A stretch of DNA of 64,000 nucleotides, taken from positions 34,317-98,316 of IMG/VR virus record IMGVR_UViG_2597490289_000004, one strand, 5' to 3'. The DNA is from a virus (Duplodnaviria > Caudoviricetes). The notes beneath the pieces are model-generated. The model was not told the DNA's origin and did not search any database. It was given only the letters and a program-made list of their open reading frames with translations. Below are positions 1 through 10,329 of this stretch, piece after piece (position 1 is the stretch's first letter; every line of letters starts with the position of its first letter). The translations under genes and the position numbers were made by a program.

Positions 1-185
1 CTTAAGTTATATTTTTTTTGCATTATATTCTATTTTAAATATATGATATCTAATAAAAAACAACCTAATTTAGAGGCATTATATAAAGTTTCTAAAAAAT
101 TAAATTTAAAAATAACCCTATACAGAGATTTTTATGATGAACATTGCATAAAAATAATTATAAGTAATATAGGAGCTTTAATAAG

Positions 186-2012
186 ATGAACTCAAGATTA
201 TGTCCAGGATATTATTCTGCAGATTCAGCTAATTTTTTAGTTGAATATAGAGGAAATTTTAAAAATGAAATAGATAATGTATCATACGCTTGTGGAGATA
301 TATTAACAAATACTATAGGAGTCATATCATTACCTTATGAATATTTAGATCAAGTATTGATAGATGTTCCATCAATTAAGTTTATTGATTTTAGAAGTAT
401 GTCTGTATTGCAAGATATTTCTCCAAGTTCAATTGATCAGATATTAGCAATTAAAAAAAATCCATATTTAAATTTAACAGGAAAAGGTGTACTTGTAGGA
501 ATTGTAGATACAGGAATAGATTATTTAAACAATGAATTTATTAGAGAGGATGGAACATCAAGAATAGCTGCAATATGGGATCAGACGATACAGGATGTTA
601 AAGCAGAATCAGTTTATTTAGGAAATATTTATTCTAATGAAGAAATAAATAAAGCAATAAATGCATATAAAAATAATCAAGATCCCTATTCCATTGTTCC
701 ATCAAAAGACGATATAAATCATGGAACTGAAATGGCTGGAATAATTGGAGCTAGGGGGTATAATGGAGAATTTCAAGGAGTTGCAAATGATTGTGAATTT
801 GTAATTGTAAAACTCTTAGAATCTTTAAATTTTCAAAAAATTTTACAGTCAAACAATGTAAAATACACACCAATATATAATTCTGCCGAAATTGTAGCAG
901 GAATAGAATATTTAAAAAACTATTCAATAAGTATGAACAAACCTATAGTTATTTATTTAGGTATTGGTGCAACAGAAGGAAGTCATGACGGTAATAATTT
1001 GATTTCGAAATATTTGACTTCTATAGCAAGCATAAGGGGAGTCGCCTTAGTTGCAGGAGTTGGTAATGAAGGAGCAGCAGAAGGTCATGTATCAGGAACT
1101 ATTGAAAATGTAGGTGAAACAGATAGCATTGAATTAAACATACCTAGAGAAATGAAAAATTTCTCTTTTCAAATATGGGTAAAAAGACCAAATAAAATGT
1201 CGCTCAATGTTATTTCACCTACTGGAGAAGAAAGTAGTTTTATTCAAGCTAAAAGAAATAAAAGAGAAGAAATTAATTTTGTTTTTTCAAATGCTAAATT
1301 AAAAATCAATTATTATATGCCAGAAGATTTTTCAGGTCACGAAGTTATCCAAGTGATTTTTGAAGATATAAATCCTGGTATATGGAAATTCATTTTAAGA
1401 GGGGACTATATAAGTGATGGTGAGTATAATGCTTGGCTTCAACCTAAAGTTACGTTGCCAGAAAATACAAAGTTTTTAGAACCTGATCCATTTAGTACAT
1501 TAACAATTCCATCAACTGCAAGAAAAATTATTACAGTTTCTTATCATGGATTAGTTAATGAGTCTTTAATTGCAACTTCAGGAAAAGGATTTAATACTAA
1601 TGGTTTAATTAATCCTGACATTGCTACGGTTGGTATAAACATTTTAACAACAAAGGCATTAGGAGAAACTACTGTTGTATCAGGAAGTTCAGCTGCTACA
1701 GCTGTGGTTGCTGGAGTATGTGCATTACTTTTGCAATGGGGAATTGTTGATGGAAATGATACTACTATGTATTCAACAAAAGTTAGGAGTTATTTAGTAT
1801 ATGGTGCATATAGAAAGCCTGAACTTGTATACCCAAGTAGAGAAATTGGATATGGAAGTCTTGACATACTAGGAACATTTAATATTATAGGTAGAAAATA
1901 TATGAGATCTAGAAAAAACATAATACTTAAAAACAAAAATTTTATTGAGTATAAAGTTAATAAATTATTTATAAGAGTTCCAAAGGAGATTATGCCAAAT
2001 GCCAAAATATAA
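186..2012 (+). CDS. Subtilisin-like S8 serine protease (clostridial CspA/B/C-like)
   Basis: Triad motifs IVDTGID, NHGTEMAG, VSGSSAA; WDQT and jelly-roll-type insertion typical of Csp proteases. Confidence 0.9.
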   Translation: MNSRLCPGYYSADSANFLVEYRGNFKNEIDNVSYACGDILTNTIGVISLPYEYLDQVLIDVPSIKFIDFRSMSVLQDISPSSIDQILAIKKNPYLNLTGKGVLVGIVDTGIDYLNNEFIREDGTSRIAAIWDQTIQDVKAESVYLGNIYSNEEINKAINAYKNNQDPYSIVPSKDDINHGTEMAGIIGARGYNGEFQGVANDCEFVIVKLLESLNFQKILQSNNVKYTPIYNSAEIVAGIEYLKNYSISMNKPIVIYLGIGATEGSHDGNNLISKYLTSIASIRGVALVAGVGNEGAAEGHVSGTIENVGETDSIELNIPREMKNFSFQIWVKRPNKMSLNVISPTGEESSFIQAKRNKREEINFVFSNAKLKINYYMPEDFSGHEVIQVIFEDINPGIWKFILRGDYISDGEYNAWLQPKVTLPENTKFLEPDPFSTLTIPSTARKIITVSYHGLVNESLIATSGKGFNTNGLINPDIATVGINILTTKALGETTVVSGSSAATAVVAGVCALLLQWGIVDGNDTTMYSTKVRSYLVYGAYRKPELVYPSREIGYGSLDILGTFNIIGRKYMRSRKNIILKNKNFIEYKVNKLFIRVPKEIMPNAKI

Positions 2013-3720
2013 ATCTAATATACCTAGAGATATTTTTCATAATACAGATTATAAACACTATATTGTTCAATATCAAGGAAAAGTAAATGATGAAGCATTG
2101 CAAAAGGAAGGATATTATATAGCAATAATTAATGACAAGTATGCTATAATTTCAACCCAAAAAGGGAAAAAAATTAATGTTGATGACCCATTATTTTCGG
2201 ATATAGTGTATATAAAAGGAACTGAAACTTATACCCTTGAAGAAATTAGCCCTATAGAAGCATCACAAGTAAGGAATGTACAAATAAATCTACCACTTCA
2301 ATTAACCGGAAAAGGAGTGGTTGTTGGTATTATTGATACTGGAATTGATTATTTAAGTGATGAATTTATGACTTTGCAGGGAGATACTAGAATAGACTGT
2401 ATATGGGATCAGACAATAACATCAGATAAAGATGGTGAGATTGAGCTTATACCATATGGAGCTTTATATACAAAAGAAAAAATAAATGAAGCAATAAAAA
2501 ATTATAATGAAGGAAAAGCTCCTTATGAAATTGTACCAAGTATAGATGAATTTGGGCATGGTACTAGTATGAGTGGCATAATAGGCGCTACTGGTAAAAA
2601 TCCAGAACTTAAAGGAGTTGCACCAGATTGTAAGTTTGCAATTGTAAAGCTCATAGAAGATTATTCCAATAAAGCTGCATTTGATGCTAAAATACCAATA
2701 TATAATATTACTTCAATATTTTCTGCATTAGAGTTTTTATATGAATATGCATTAAATAATTCTGTGCCAATGGTCATATACCTTCCACTTGGAAGTAACT
2801 CTGGAAACCATAGAGGAAATGGTATTTTGCCAGAGTATATAGAGTCAATTTCTAATAGTAGAGGCATAGTTGTAGTAACAGGTGCAGGAAATGAAAGAGA
2901 TAAGGGAGGTCATGCATCTGGATCTATATCAAATGTAGATGAAGCAAGAAACATAGAATTAAATGTATCCCCAGAACAAAAATATTTATGGGCAGAAATT
3001 TGGGTAGCTCCACCTAATATAATGACCGTTGATATAGTTTCACCATCAGGAGAAAACACAGGTGTAATTCCAGCTTTAATAAATCTTAGTGAAGATTATA
3101 ATTTTATTTTTGAAAAAACATCAATAAAAGTTGATTTTTATATTCCAGAAGAAAATACAGGAGATGAATTAATACGTATAGAATTTTTTAATTTGCAACC
3201 AGGAATATGGAAAATAAAATTAATAGCTAATATGGTATTGGATGGAGCATATAACATATGGATACCACAGTATGGATTATCTATAGGAGATACATCTTTA
3301 AGTCCTTCTGATCCTTTTGGTACATTTACCACTCCTGGTGGAGCAACTTCGATAATTACAGTAGCAGCGTATAATCAAAATAATAACAATATAGTAAATT
3401 ATTCAGGAATGTCATTTTTAGATGATTATATTGACAGAGTTGATATTGCAGCAGGTGGTGTAAATGCATTAGCTGTAGCTCCTAATAATGAAACTAAAGT
3501 AGTAAATGGTACAAGTGTTGCAGCAGCAGTTGTAGCTGGAACATGTGCAATATTATTTGAATGGGGAATAATAGAAGGAAATGATCCATATATGTATTCT
3601 CAAACCATGAAGACTTATTTGACTAGAGGTACTAGAAAAAGACCAGGGGATACATATCCTAATCCAGAATGGGGATATGGGATATTAGATGTACTTGGAA
3701 TTTTTTCTAATATGACTTAA
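1999..3720 (+). CDS. Second tandem S8 serine protease (Csp-like)
   Basis: IIDTGID, GHGTSMSG, NGTSVAAA, YPNPEWGYG; paralogous to and overlapping the upstream gene. Confidence 0.9.
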   Translation: MPKYKSNIPRDIFHNTDYKHYIVQYQGKVNDEALQKEGYYIAIINDKYAIISTQKGKKINVDDPLFSDIVYIKGTETYTLEEISPIEASQVRNVQINLPLQLTGKGVVVGIIDTGIDYLSDEFMTLQGDTRIDCIWDQTITSDKDGEIELIPYGALYTKEKINEAIKNYNEGKAPYEIVPSIDEFGHGTSMSGIIGATGKNPELKGVAPDCKFAIVKLIEDYSNKAAFDAKIPIYNITSIFSALEFLYEYALNNSVPMVIYLPLGSNSGNHRGNGILPEYIESISNSRGIVVVTGAGNERDKGGHASGSISNVDEARNIELNVSPEQKYLWAEIWVAPPNIMTVDIVSPSGENTGVIPALINLSEDYNFIFEKTSIKVDFYIPEENTGDELIRIEFFNLQPGIWKIKLIANMVLDGAYNIWIPQYGLSIGDTSLSPSDPFGTFTTPGGATSIITVAAYNQNNNNIVNYSGMSFLDDYIDRVDIAAGGVNALAVAPNNETKVVNGTSVAAAVVAGTCAILFEWGIIEGNDPYMYSQTMKTYLTRGTRKRPGDTYPNPEWGYGILDVLGIFSNMT

Positions 3721-3738
3721 TTAAATATAATTTATTAT

Positions 3739-3990
3739 TATAAATTGTATTCCATATCTTTTATAAATTTTTCAAAGTTTTTCTTTTGAATATGAAAATT
3801 TCTTTTATAAATTTCTGTAGAAGTTAGCACACTATTAAGTTTCATTGAATTCTCCAGTGTGAGTTTTTATTTCAATAATTGGATACCATAATCATTTAAA
3901 TTTTCCACTATTTGTACCTGATGATCTAAAAAAGCTAAAGTTACTTTTCTATTCCATAAGTATATTTATTTTAACAAATATTATTAATAT
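3739..3990 (-). pseudogene. Possible decayed ORF remnant
   Basis: Minus-strand protein-like pieces (LWNRKVTLAF / RSSGTNSGKFK*LWYPIIEIKTHTGEF) broken by stops and frame changes; boundaries approximate. Confidence 0.3.
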
Positions 3991-4138
3991 TTATATTAAT
4001 AAATTTGAAGATAATTATAGAATAAGTAATATTTTTATTTTATTCTTGATAATTATATGTAAAAATATTACAATTAAATAAAATATTAAAATAATCTTAT
4101 AGATTGTAAATCTTTAAGATTTTTATAGGAGTACAATT

Positions 4139-4339
4139 ATGGGAGTTAAGAATAAATTAAAAGAGATTCGAATGAGAGAATATTTAATGAACCAAACTGA
4201 ATTTGCAAAATTACTAGATGCTCCAAGAAGTACGTATTCTCAATGGGAAAGTGGTCTAAGTAATCCTACATTAGAAAAATCCTTTGAAATAGCTAAAAAA
4301 TTGAATAAAAAAATAACTGAAATATGGCATTTTGAATAG
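4139..4339 (+). CDS. Xre-family HTH regulator
   Basis: MGVKNKLKEIR...QTEFAKLL...YSQWESG..NPTLE; same N-terminus as 57360 ORF. Confidence 0.9.
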   Translation: MGVKNKLKEIRMREYLMNQTEFAKLLDAPRSTYSQWESGLSNPTLEKSFEIAKKLNKKITEIWHFE

Positions 4340-4398
4340 TGCCTTATTTTTTTTTATAAGATTACTTAAAAATAATAAAATTTTCTAAAATTTAAGCA

Positions 4399-4425
4399 AC
4401 TTTTCTAAAATAACAGCATAGTATA
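4399..4425 (+). promoter_or_regulatory. Candidate SigK/SigE-type promoter for parM
   Basis: AC-N16-CATAGTATA; AC-N16-CATA spacing conserved at 57636-57660. Confidence 0.45.
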
Positions 4426-4457
4426 AACTATAAGATTAATCAAAAGGAGTTAAATTT

Positions 4458-5336
4458 ATGAAAAATTATTCGATTTTAGGTGTTGATGTTGGAAATTCTA
4501 CTTGCAAAACTAACACTGGTGTTTTATTTAATTCTAAAATTACAGAGGTTGAACCTTTTGGAAAAACAGATACTTTATTTATAGATAAAAAATATTACTG
4601 GCTGGGAGAAGGGGAGTACGATACAACTTATAGAAAAGTAGACAAAATAAATTATATAAATTTTTTATTTGGAGCTTTGGCCCTAAGTACAAATACAGTT
4701 AGAAATTATGTGGTTCTAGGATTACCATTAAGTCAATACAAAGAAGATAAATCAGCCTTGATAAATATGGTTTTATCTAATAAAGAAAAATATACAAAAA
4801 TTAATGGAGTAGAAAAACACTTAATAATAGATGATATAGAAGTGTTTCCAGAAGGTGTAGTTACTTTAGATGATGAATATGAAGGAATTGTTGTTGATAT
4901 AGGAGGAAGAACAACGGATTGCGCATTAGTTATTAATGAAAGAGGAAGAAGAAGGATATTAAATCCAATAAGCTTGCCATGTGGAACCATAAATCTGTAT
5001 ACAGATTTTATAAAAAAATTAAATAATAAATTCAGTTTGGATTTAGTTATGAATGATGCAGAAAGAATAATTAAAAATGGATTAATTTTAGATGGAAGAA
5101 ATACAAATATAGATTTTGCCATGGACGTATATAGAGCTTTCACAGAGAATCTTATAACACAATTACAGGTTGAATATAGCTTAAGAACAAATTCTATATA
5201 TCTTACTGGGGGAGGAGTTATATCTTTATATAAAACCATAAAAGAAAGGCTAGGAAATGGAGTTTCACTTCAAGCAAACTCTATTTACGCTAATACAAAG
5301 GCTTATTATGAATTGGGGTGTTCAATATGGCAGTAG
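4458..5336 (+). CDS. ParM/StbA actin-like ATPase
   Basis: GVDVGNSTCK, VFPEG, VDIGGRTTD, LTGGG actin-fold motifs. Confidence 0.9.
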   Translation: MKNYSILGVDVGNSTCKTNTGVLFNSKITEVEPFGKTDTLFIDKKYYWLGEGEYDTTYRKVDKINYINFLFGALALSTNTVRNYVVLGLPLSQYKEDKSALINMVLSNKEKYTKINGVEKHLIIDDIEVFPEGVVTLDDEYEGIVVDIGGRTTDCALVINERGRRRILNPISLPCGTINLYTDFIKKLNNKFSLDLVMNDAERIIKNGLILDGRNTNIDFAMDVYRAFTENLITQLQVEYSLRTNSIYLTGGGVISLYKTIKERLGNGVSLQANSIYANTKAYYELGCSIWQ

Positions 5337-5506
5337 TTAAACCTGTTAGTTTTAAAAATAAAGAACATGATCTTGTGGAATTTATAGGCGAAAGAGATTT
5401 TAGTTACTATGTTAAAAATCTTATTAGAAAGGATATGGAACAACAGGAAAGCAAAATAGGACAAATTAAGCCTAAAAAGAAGAGAAATATAAATTTTGAT
5501 ATATAA
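5327..5506 (+). CDS. Small ParR-like (RHH-type) adaptor
   Basis: Overlaps parM end; VSFKNKE motif shared with 58555 ORF; RBS GGGGTG. Confidence 0.6.
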   Translation: MAVVKPVSFKNKEHDLVEFIGERDFSYYVKNLIRKDMEQQESKIGQIKPKKKRNINFDI

Positions 5507-5605
5507 AAAAGCCTACCTGTTCAATAGGTAGACTTAGGCTATATCACAGCTTCAGATAGTACTTATCTTTGAGTCTACTGCGTAGCCACGAAAGAACGCA
5601 CTACA
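5505..5605 (-). ncRNA. Candidate small RNA convergent on parMR
   Basis: Minus-strand GTTCTA-N16-CATACACT promoter (5611-5640), GC-enriched body, hairpin plus U-tract at 5505-5540 conserved with 58762-58798. Confidence 0.4.
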
Positions 5606-5671
5606 GTAGCAGTGTATGAGTTAAAAAAATGAAATAGAACTATTTCTAGTTAATTTTATAAATATTAATAT

Positions 5672-5740
5672 TTACATGCATAAATTTTTAATTAATTCTA
5701 GTGCTATATAAACTCCTGAAGATATAAAAAGAAATTCCAT
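5672..5740 (-). CDS. 22-aa hydrophobic peptide MEFLFISSGVYIALELIKNLCM
   Basis: RBS AAGGAGAT; positional equivalent of 22-aa ORF at 58917-58985; not in ORF track. Confidence 0.6.
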   Translation of the reverse strand: MEFLFISSGVYIALELIKNLCM

Positions 5741-5810
5741 AAAAACATCTCCTTGCTTTTATATCTAAGAGTTTAACCAAAAATAATTTTAATATACAGG
5801 AGGAAAATAT

Positions 5811-6242
5811 ATGTTCTCAAAAAAGATAACTTATACATTAGAAGAATTTAAAAATTATACTCAATTAACACAAACTGAAAAAATAATATACGATTTTTCT
5901 AAAGAATTAGATAGTATCCAATTTAATTATAGTAAACATGAAAAATTATATAGAACACTTGCACTTATGTTAGCATCATTGTTATTTTTTGAAAAATCGA
6001 CATATGCAAGTGCTCCAAGCACAGGATACCCTGAAATTGATGAAGGAGCATGGAAGATTGTAAATGGAATTCAAGCTTGTATATTTTGGGTATCATTAAT
6101 GTATTCTTTACGTGCATTATTTCTTATGGCAATCAAAGGGGAGGGAGATTTTAAGAACGCTTTTTTAGGGATTTTAATTTGTGCAGCTGATTATGGAATT
6201 CCGTCAATATTTATAAAAATACCTGGACTTTTTAAATTTTAG
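5811..6242 (+). CDS. Membrane protein, VirB2/TrbC pilin-like architecture
   Basis: Internal signal-like segment ending STYA-S, then two hydrophobic helices; counterpart of 59059 ORF. Confidence 0.55.
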   Translation: MFSKKITYTLEEFKNYTQLTQTEKIIYDFSKELDSIQFNYSKHEKLYRTLALMLASLLFFEKSTYASAPSTGYPEIDEGAWKIVNGIQACIFWVSLMYSLRALFLMAIKGEGDFKNAFLGILICAADYGIPSIFIKIPGLFKF

Positions 6243-6255
6243 GAGGGATTGATTT

Positions 6256-6516
6256 ATGGATGAAATAAAAGAATTTTGTGTAGCTACTAAAGATTTTTTC
6301 ATAAATGCTGGAAAGGGACTTTTCTATATTACTCACCCTAGAGATCTAGGACTATTAATTTGGAATGGGTGCGTATATAACAGCTTTATGATTTGCACTA
6401 TAATATGTTTAACTTCTCTTATAATTTATATGTGTGGAAATAAGAAAGCTAAATTAGGAGTAACTGGAAGCTTCTTTATTTATATGTTAATACACATGCT
6501 TAATGCAATATTCTAA
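6256..6516 (+). CDS. Small two-TM membrane protein
   Basis: NSFMICTIICLTSLIIYMCGNKKA resembles NSYEICLTVAIISLILYIAGKRKS of 59509 ORF. Confidence 0.7.
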   Translation: MDEIKEFCVATKDFFINAGKGLFYITHPRDLGLLIWNGCVYNSFMICTIICLTSLIIYMCGNKKAKLGVTGSFFIYMLIHMLNAIF

Positions 6517-6530
6517 AAAGGAGAGAATGT

Positions 6531-6674
6531 ATGTTTAAATTCAAAAAAGAACAAACAATGAAATTAAGTGAATACTTTGAACTTAAGAGTCCTAAATATT
6601 GTACTTTACAGATAATACCTCACAGTTCTAATAGAAACTACGATACCGAGATATTAGTACAAACAATAGTATAA
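6531..6674 (+). pseudogene. Truncated 5' fragment of the VirB4/HerA-like ATPase
   Basis: MKLSEYFELKSPKYCTLQIIPHSSNRNY aligns with MKLSEYFKLIKPSYKYIQIIPHKSIRNY at 59748; stops after 47 aa. Confidence 0.8.
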
Positions 6675-6722
6675 TAATTGCTTGCAAAATTACTATACTA
6701 TTATTAATAATAAATATGTTCT

Positions 6723-6965
6723 TTAGTATAATTTAAAATAGGACCAGGATTGATACTCCTGGTCTTTTCTGTTTTTTATAAAAAATACGAACACCTTTAC
6801 AGGATTTAATTTAAGTTCTTTAGATAACTTAATAATAAGATTTATATCTGGATCACACATATTAGGGTAATCTTCTAATTTATTTAAATATGCTTCTTTA
6901 ATATTAAGTTTTTTAGACAATTCTTCAATACTCAAACTCATTTCTATCCTTTTCTTTTTTAGCAT
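6723..6965 (-). CDS. Xre-family HTH regulator
   Basis: LSIEELSKKLNIKEAYLNKLE; paralogue of 7253 ORF. Confidence 0.8.
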   Translation of the reverse strand: MLKKKRIEMSLSIEELSKKLNIKEAYLNKLEDYPNMCDPDINLIIKLSKELKLNPVKVFVFFIKNRKDQEYQSWSYFKLY

Positions 6966-6989
6966 ATTAGAGTGATTTTTAAATAATAT

Positions 6990-7142
6990 TCAATCATCAC
7001 TTTTTATTTTGTAATGGTCTTTTATAATTTTTGCAACCATTTTACTGATTGTGCGGTCTTCGTATTCCGCTTCTTTTTCTAATTTTTCATATACTTTTTT
7101 AGGAATTACAGAAGTAATTCTTGTGTTTTCTTTTTTTATCAT
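6990..7142 (-). CDS. 50-aa ribbon-helix-helix DNA-binding protein
   Basis: MIKKENTRITSVIPKKVYEKLEKEAEYEDRTISKMVAKIIKDHY; RBS AGGGGTG; not in ORF track. Confidence 0.7.
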   Translation of the reverse strand: MIKKENTRITSVIPKKVYEKLEKEAEYEDRTISKMVAKIIKDHYKIKSDD

Positions 7143-7252
7143 AGTGCATCACCCCTAAATTTAAGTATATAAAAAGTGATACACTATGTATTAAAAGTGA
7201 TGAACAGTGCAACACTTTTAATGCACATTTTTTATATTTTAAATTAGTAAGT

Positions 7253-7477
7253 TTAATGTTTATTAGATAAATTGGATTTAATTTTATCAACAAAGTATAA
7301 ATAGATTTGCAAGTGTTCAATATCTAATTGTTGAGATAACTTTAAAATTAGTTTTACATTAGGATTGCAAAATTCAGGATGTTTTTCTAGTTGACATATG
7401 GTACTTTTACTAACATTAAGTAATAATGCCAGCTCTTCTTGAGTAAATTTTTTATCTTTTCTCTTTTGTTTTAACAT
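7253..7477 (-). CDS. Xre-family HTH regulator
   Basis: FTQEELALLLNVSKSTICQLE; RBS GAGGTG. Confidence 0.85.
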   Translation of the reverse strand: MLKQKRKDKKFTQEELALLLNVSKSTICQLEKHPEFCNPNVKLILKLSQQLDIEHLQIYLYFVDKIKSNLSNKH

Positions 7478-7834
7478 AGAATCACCTCATCAAAAATAAC
7501 GAAATAATATATAAATTCATTATATATAATTCTATAAAATTTAGATATATTCCTTTTAATAAATCTTTTTTAGACAAAATTAGATAATATTTATACTATT
7601 TTTAAAAACAATTAGAGAAAATAAATATAAAAAATAGTTCAATTGACAATTAATACTTAAAAATAAACAAAATTGACAATTTTTTAATAAAACTAGATTT
7701 ACAATATATGTAATACAAATAAAGTGTCGAAAGTTTAATAGCACTAAACTTTTTTTCATGTATAATGAACTCAAAGGCGCCAATATTATTGATATATCAA
7801 CTTATTTAAAATCACTAGAGAGGTTGAGATAAAT

Positions 7835-8002
7835 ATGAAACTTTACGAAAAAGATAATGAATATATTTTAGATGTATTAGAAGATGAAGAAGATAGATTA
7901 TTAGAAAAGTTAGGAGAAATATTATCAGAAGAAACTAGATATTTATTTTATAGATATGTTTCTGTAATAGAAACTATAAATTGTATAAAATCGACATTGT
8001 AA
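7835..8002 (+). CDS. 55-aa acidic hypothetical protein
   Basis: MKLYEKDNEYILDVLEDEEDRLLEKLGE...; RBS GAGG; downstream hairpin; Spo0A-box match TGTCGAA at 7725-7731. Confidence 0.6.
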   Translation: MKLYEKDNEYILDVLEDEEDRLLEKLGEILSEETRYLFYRYVSVIETINCIKSTL

Positions 8003-8374
8003 TAGTTAAATATTTTATGAAAGCTAAGATTAAATCTAAAATATAATCTTAGCTTTTTTATTTGACGGCAAAAAAACGTCAAAAAAAATATGTTTATTTA
8101 TTCTTATTTATTCTTAAATTTCTTTTGAAATTATGCTGTCAAATGTGTAGTTTAGGTATATTGCAGTATTTTTGTTCATATTTATTACATTAAAGATTAA
8201 CATTAACATGAGATGTATTTAATTAAATTACAAACATCAGCACTGAACGTGTTGGTGTTTTTTGATTTTTATATGGAAAAATATAGAGTATAATAGAATT
8301 TGCAAAGAAATTTATAGAAATATAGTTTATATTAGATTACTATAAATAATAACTTAGTGATGGGGGTATTAATA

Positions 8375-9649
8375 ATGAAATTTAATAAGAAGGGGAAGGT
8401 TATTGCTACTATTGCACTTGTAATTGCAGTAGTTATAGGAATATTTGCTTTTAAAATATTTCATAGAGTAACTAACTCTCCTATGATTAAAAGTGAAGAT
8501 AGAAATGAGAAATTTATAGCAGATATTGAGTTCTTAAAAAAGGAATTACCTAAAAAGCATAAGAATTTATTTTTTTCTAAATCAGAAGAAGAATTCAATG
8601 ATGAGATTGACTCACTAATTAACAATGTTTCAAGATATAGTGATGAAGAGATAAATGGTGAACTTGCAAAAATAATAGTATCTATTAATGACAGTCATAC
8701 TAATGTAGATATTATGGGTTCACTAGCTTATCCATTAAATTTCTTTCAGTTTGGAAATGATATATATCTTGTTGATGGGGATTCAGAATATAAAGAGTAT
8801 TGGGGAAAAAAGCTTGTTTCAATAAATGGATATTCAATAAATCAATTAAAAGAAAAATTAGAACCTTTTATATCCAAGGATAATGAAGCTATAAGTAAAA
8901 ATCAGTTTTCAGTATTATTAAAATGTGTAGAAGTATTAAAACTTAGTGGAATAGTAAAGGAAGATAATGCAACCTTTACATTTGAGGGTTCATCTAATGC
9001 TGATGTTATGATGAAACCAGTTACAATGGAAGAGTATATGAATATAACAACATTATCAAGTGATGAAGAGTTTAAAAATAGATTTCCTATATCAAAACAG
9101 AACTCAAATGATAATTATTGGTTTAAGTACATTGAAGAAGAAAATACTGTGTATGTAAAATACAATTCATGTATGGAAATGAAAGAGTATTCTTTTTCTA
9201 AATTTACGAAGGATGTATTTAATGTTATTGACACAAAAAATGCAACTAAATTAGTTGTAGATTTAAGAGATAATGGTGGAGGAAATTCTAGAATTTTTGA
9301 AACATTTTTAGATGAAATAAAGAAAAGAGAAAATATAAATAAAGAAGGGAATCTCTATGCTATTATAGGAAGGAGAACATTCTCATCAGCAGTACTAAAT
9401 GCAATGAGTCTTAGAAATGAAACTAATGCTACATTAATAGGAGAGCCAACAGGTGGAAAACCTAATCATTTTGGAGAGGTAAAAACTATACATTTATCTA
9501 ATGTGAATATTGATGTTAATTATTCAAGCAATTATTTTAAAACCTCAGATGAAGATACAGATTCAATTTATCCAAATGTAGAAATAAACTTAAAAGCAGA
9601 ATCATTCTTTAATGGACAAGATGACTTTTTGGAGTATGTAATAAGATAA
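8375..9649 (+). CDS. S41-family peptidase with N-terminal anchor
   Basis: DLRDNGGG, TFSSA, LIGEPTGG motifs. Confidence 0.85.
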   Translation: MKFNKKGKVIATIALVIAVVIGIFAFKIFHRVTNSPMIKSEDRNEKFIADIEFLKKELPKKHKNLFFSKSEEEFNDEIDSLINNVSRYSDEEINGELAKIIVSINDSHTNVDIMGSLAYPLNFFQFGNDIYLVDGDSEYKEYWGKKLVSINGYSINQLKEKLEPFISKDNEAISKNQFSVLLKCVEVLKLSGIVKEDNATFTFEGSSNADVMMKPVTMEEYMNITTLSSDEEFKNRFPISKQNSNDNYWFKYIEEENTVYVKYNSCMEMKEYSFSKFTKDVFNVIDTKNATKLVVDLRDNGGGNSRIFETFLDEIKKRENINKEGNLYAIIGRRTFSSAVLNAMSLRNETNATLIGEPTGGKPNHFGEVKTIHLSNVNIDVNYSSNYFKTSDEDTDSIYPNVEINLKAESFFNGQDDFLEYVIR

Positions 9650-9786
9650 CAAATACTTATAATTGCATAAATTTATTAAAGATAAGGCTTTGTTTTAAAT
9701 GAAAGCTTATAATTCATTAGTTTTTGAAAATTGAGTTATTGTATTGATAATTTAGACGCTAGATATTAAAAGGAGAATGAGAATTT

Positions 9787-10329
9787 ATGGATTTTATAAA
9801 AGTTAATGAAAGAAAGTTTACAATATTAAAACTATTAGGAAAAGGTAAAGGTGGTTATTCATATTTGGTAACTGATGATAAGAGTAATAAATATGTTGTT
9901 AAACAAATTCATCATGAACCTTGTGAGTATTATCAATTTGGAAATAAAATAGAATCTGAATTAAATGATTATAATAAGCTTTATAAAATAGGGCTTAAAA
10001 TACCTAAAATGTTAGATGTTGATATAGAAAATGAAAGAATTCTTAAAGAATTTATTGATGGGGATACTATATACAATATGATATTAAAGGATAATATGAA
10101 TGAAAATTATATAAAGCAAATAAAGAATATGTGTAAAAAGTTATATCCAGTCAATATTAATATTGACTATTTTCCAACTAACTTTATTGTTCAAGATGAA
10201 TTGATTTGGTATATAGATTACGAATGCAATGAATATATGGAAAAGTGGGATTTTGAGAATTGGGGAATAAAATATTGGTCTAAAACTCCAGAATTTATTG
10301 AGTATGTTAACAACAACAAAGGCCAGTAA
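9787..10329 (+). CDS. Small protein-kinase-like protein
   Basis: LLGKGKGGYSY glycine loop, VVKQ lysine, DYFPTNF and IDYE. Confidence 0.7.
   Translation: MDFIKVNERKFTILKLLGKGKGGYSYLVTDDKSNKYVVKQIHHEPCEYYQFGNKIESELNDYNKLYKIGLKIPKMLDVDIENERILKEFIDGDTIYNMILKDNMNENYIKQIKNMCKKLYPVNINIDYFPTNFIVQDELIWYIDYECNEYMEKWDFENWGIKYWSKTPEFIEYVNNNKGQ

Larger units (their letters stand above)
4139..8060. mobile_element. Decayed phage-derived islet homologous to the prophage right-end module
   Basis: Same gene order as 57360-62075, ATPase truncated to 47 codons, followed by several HTH/RHH genes. Confidence 0.65.
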
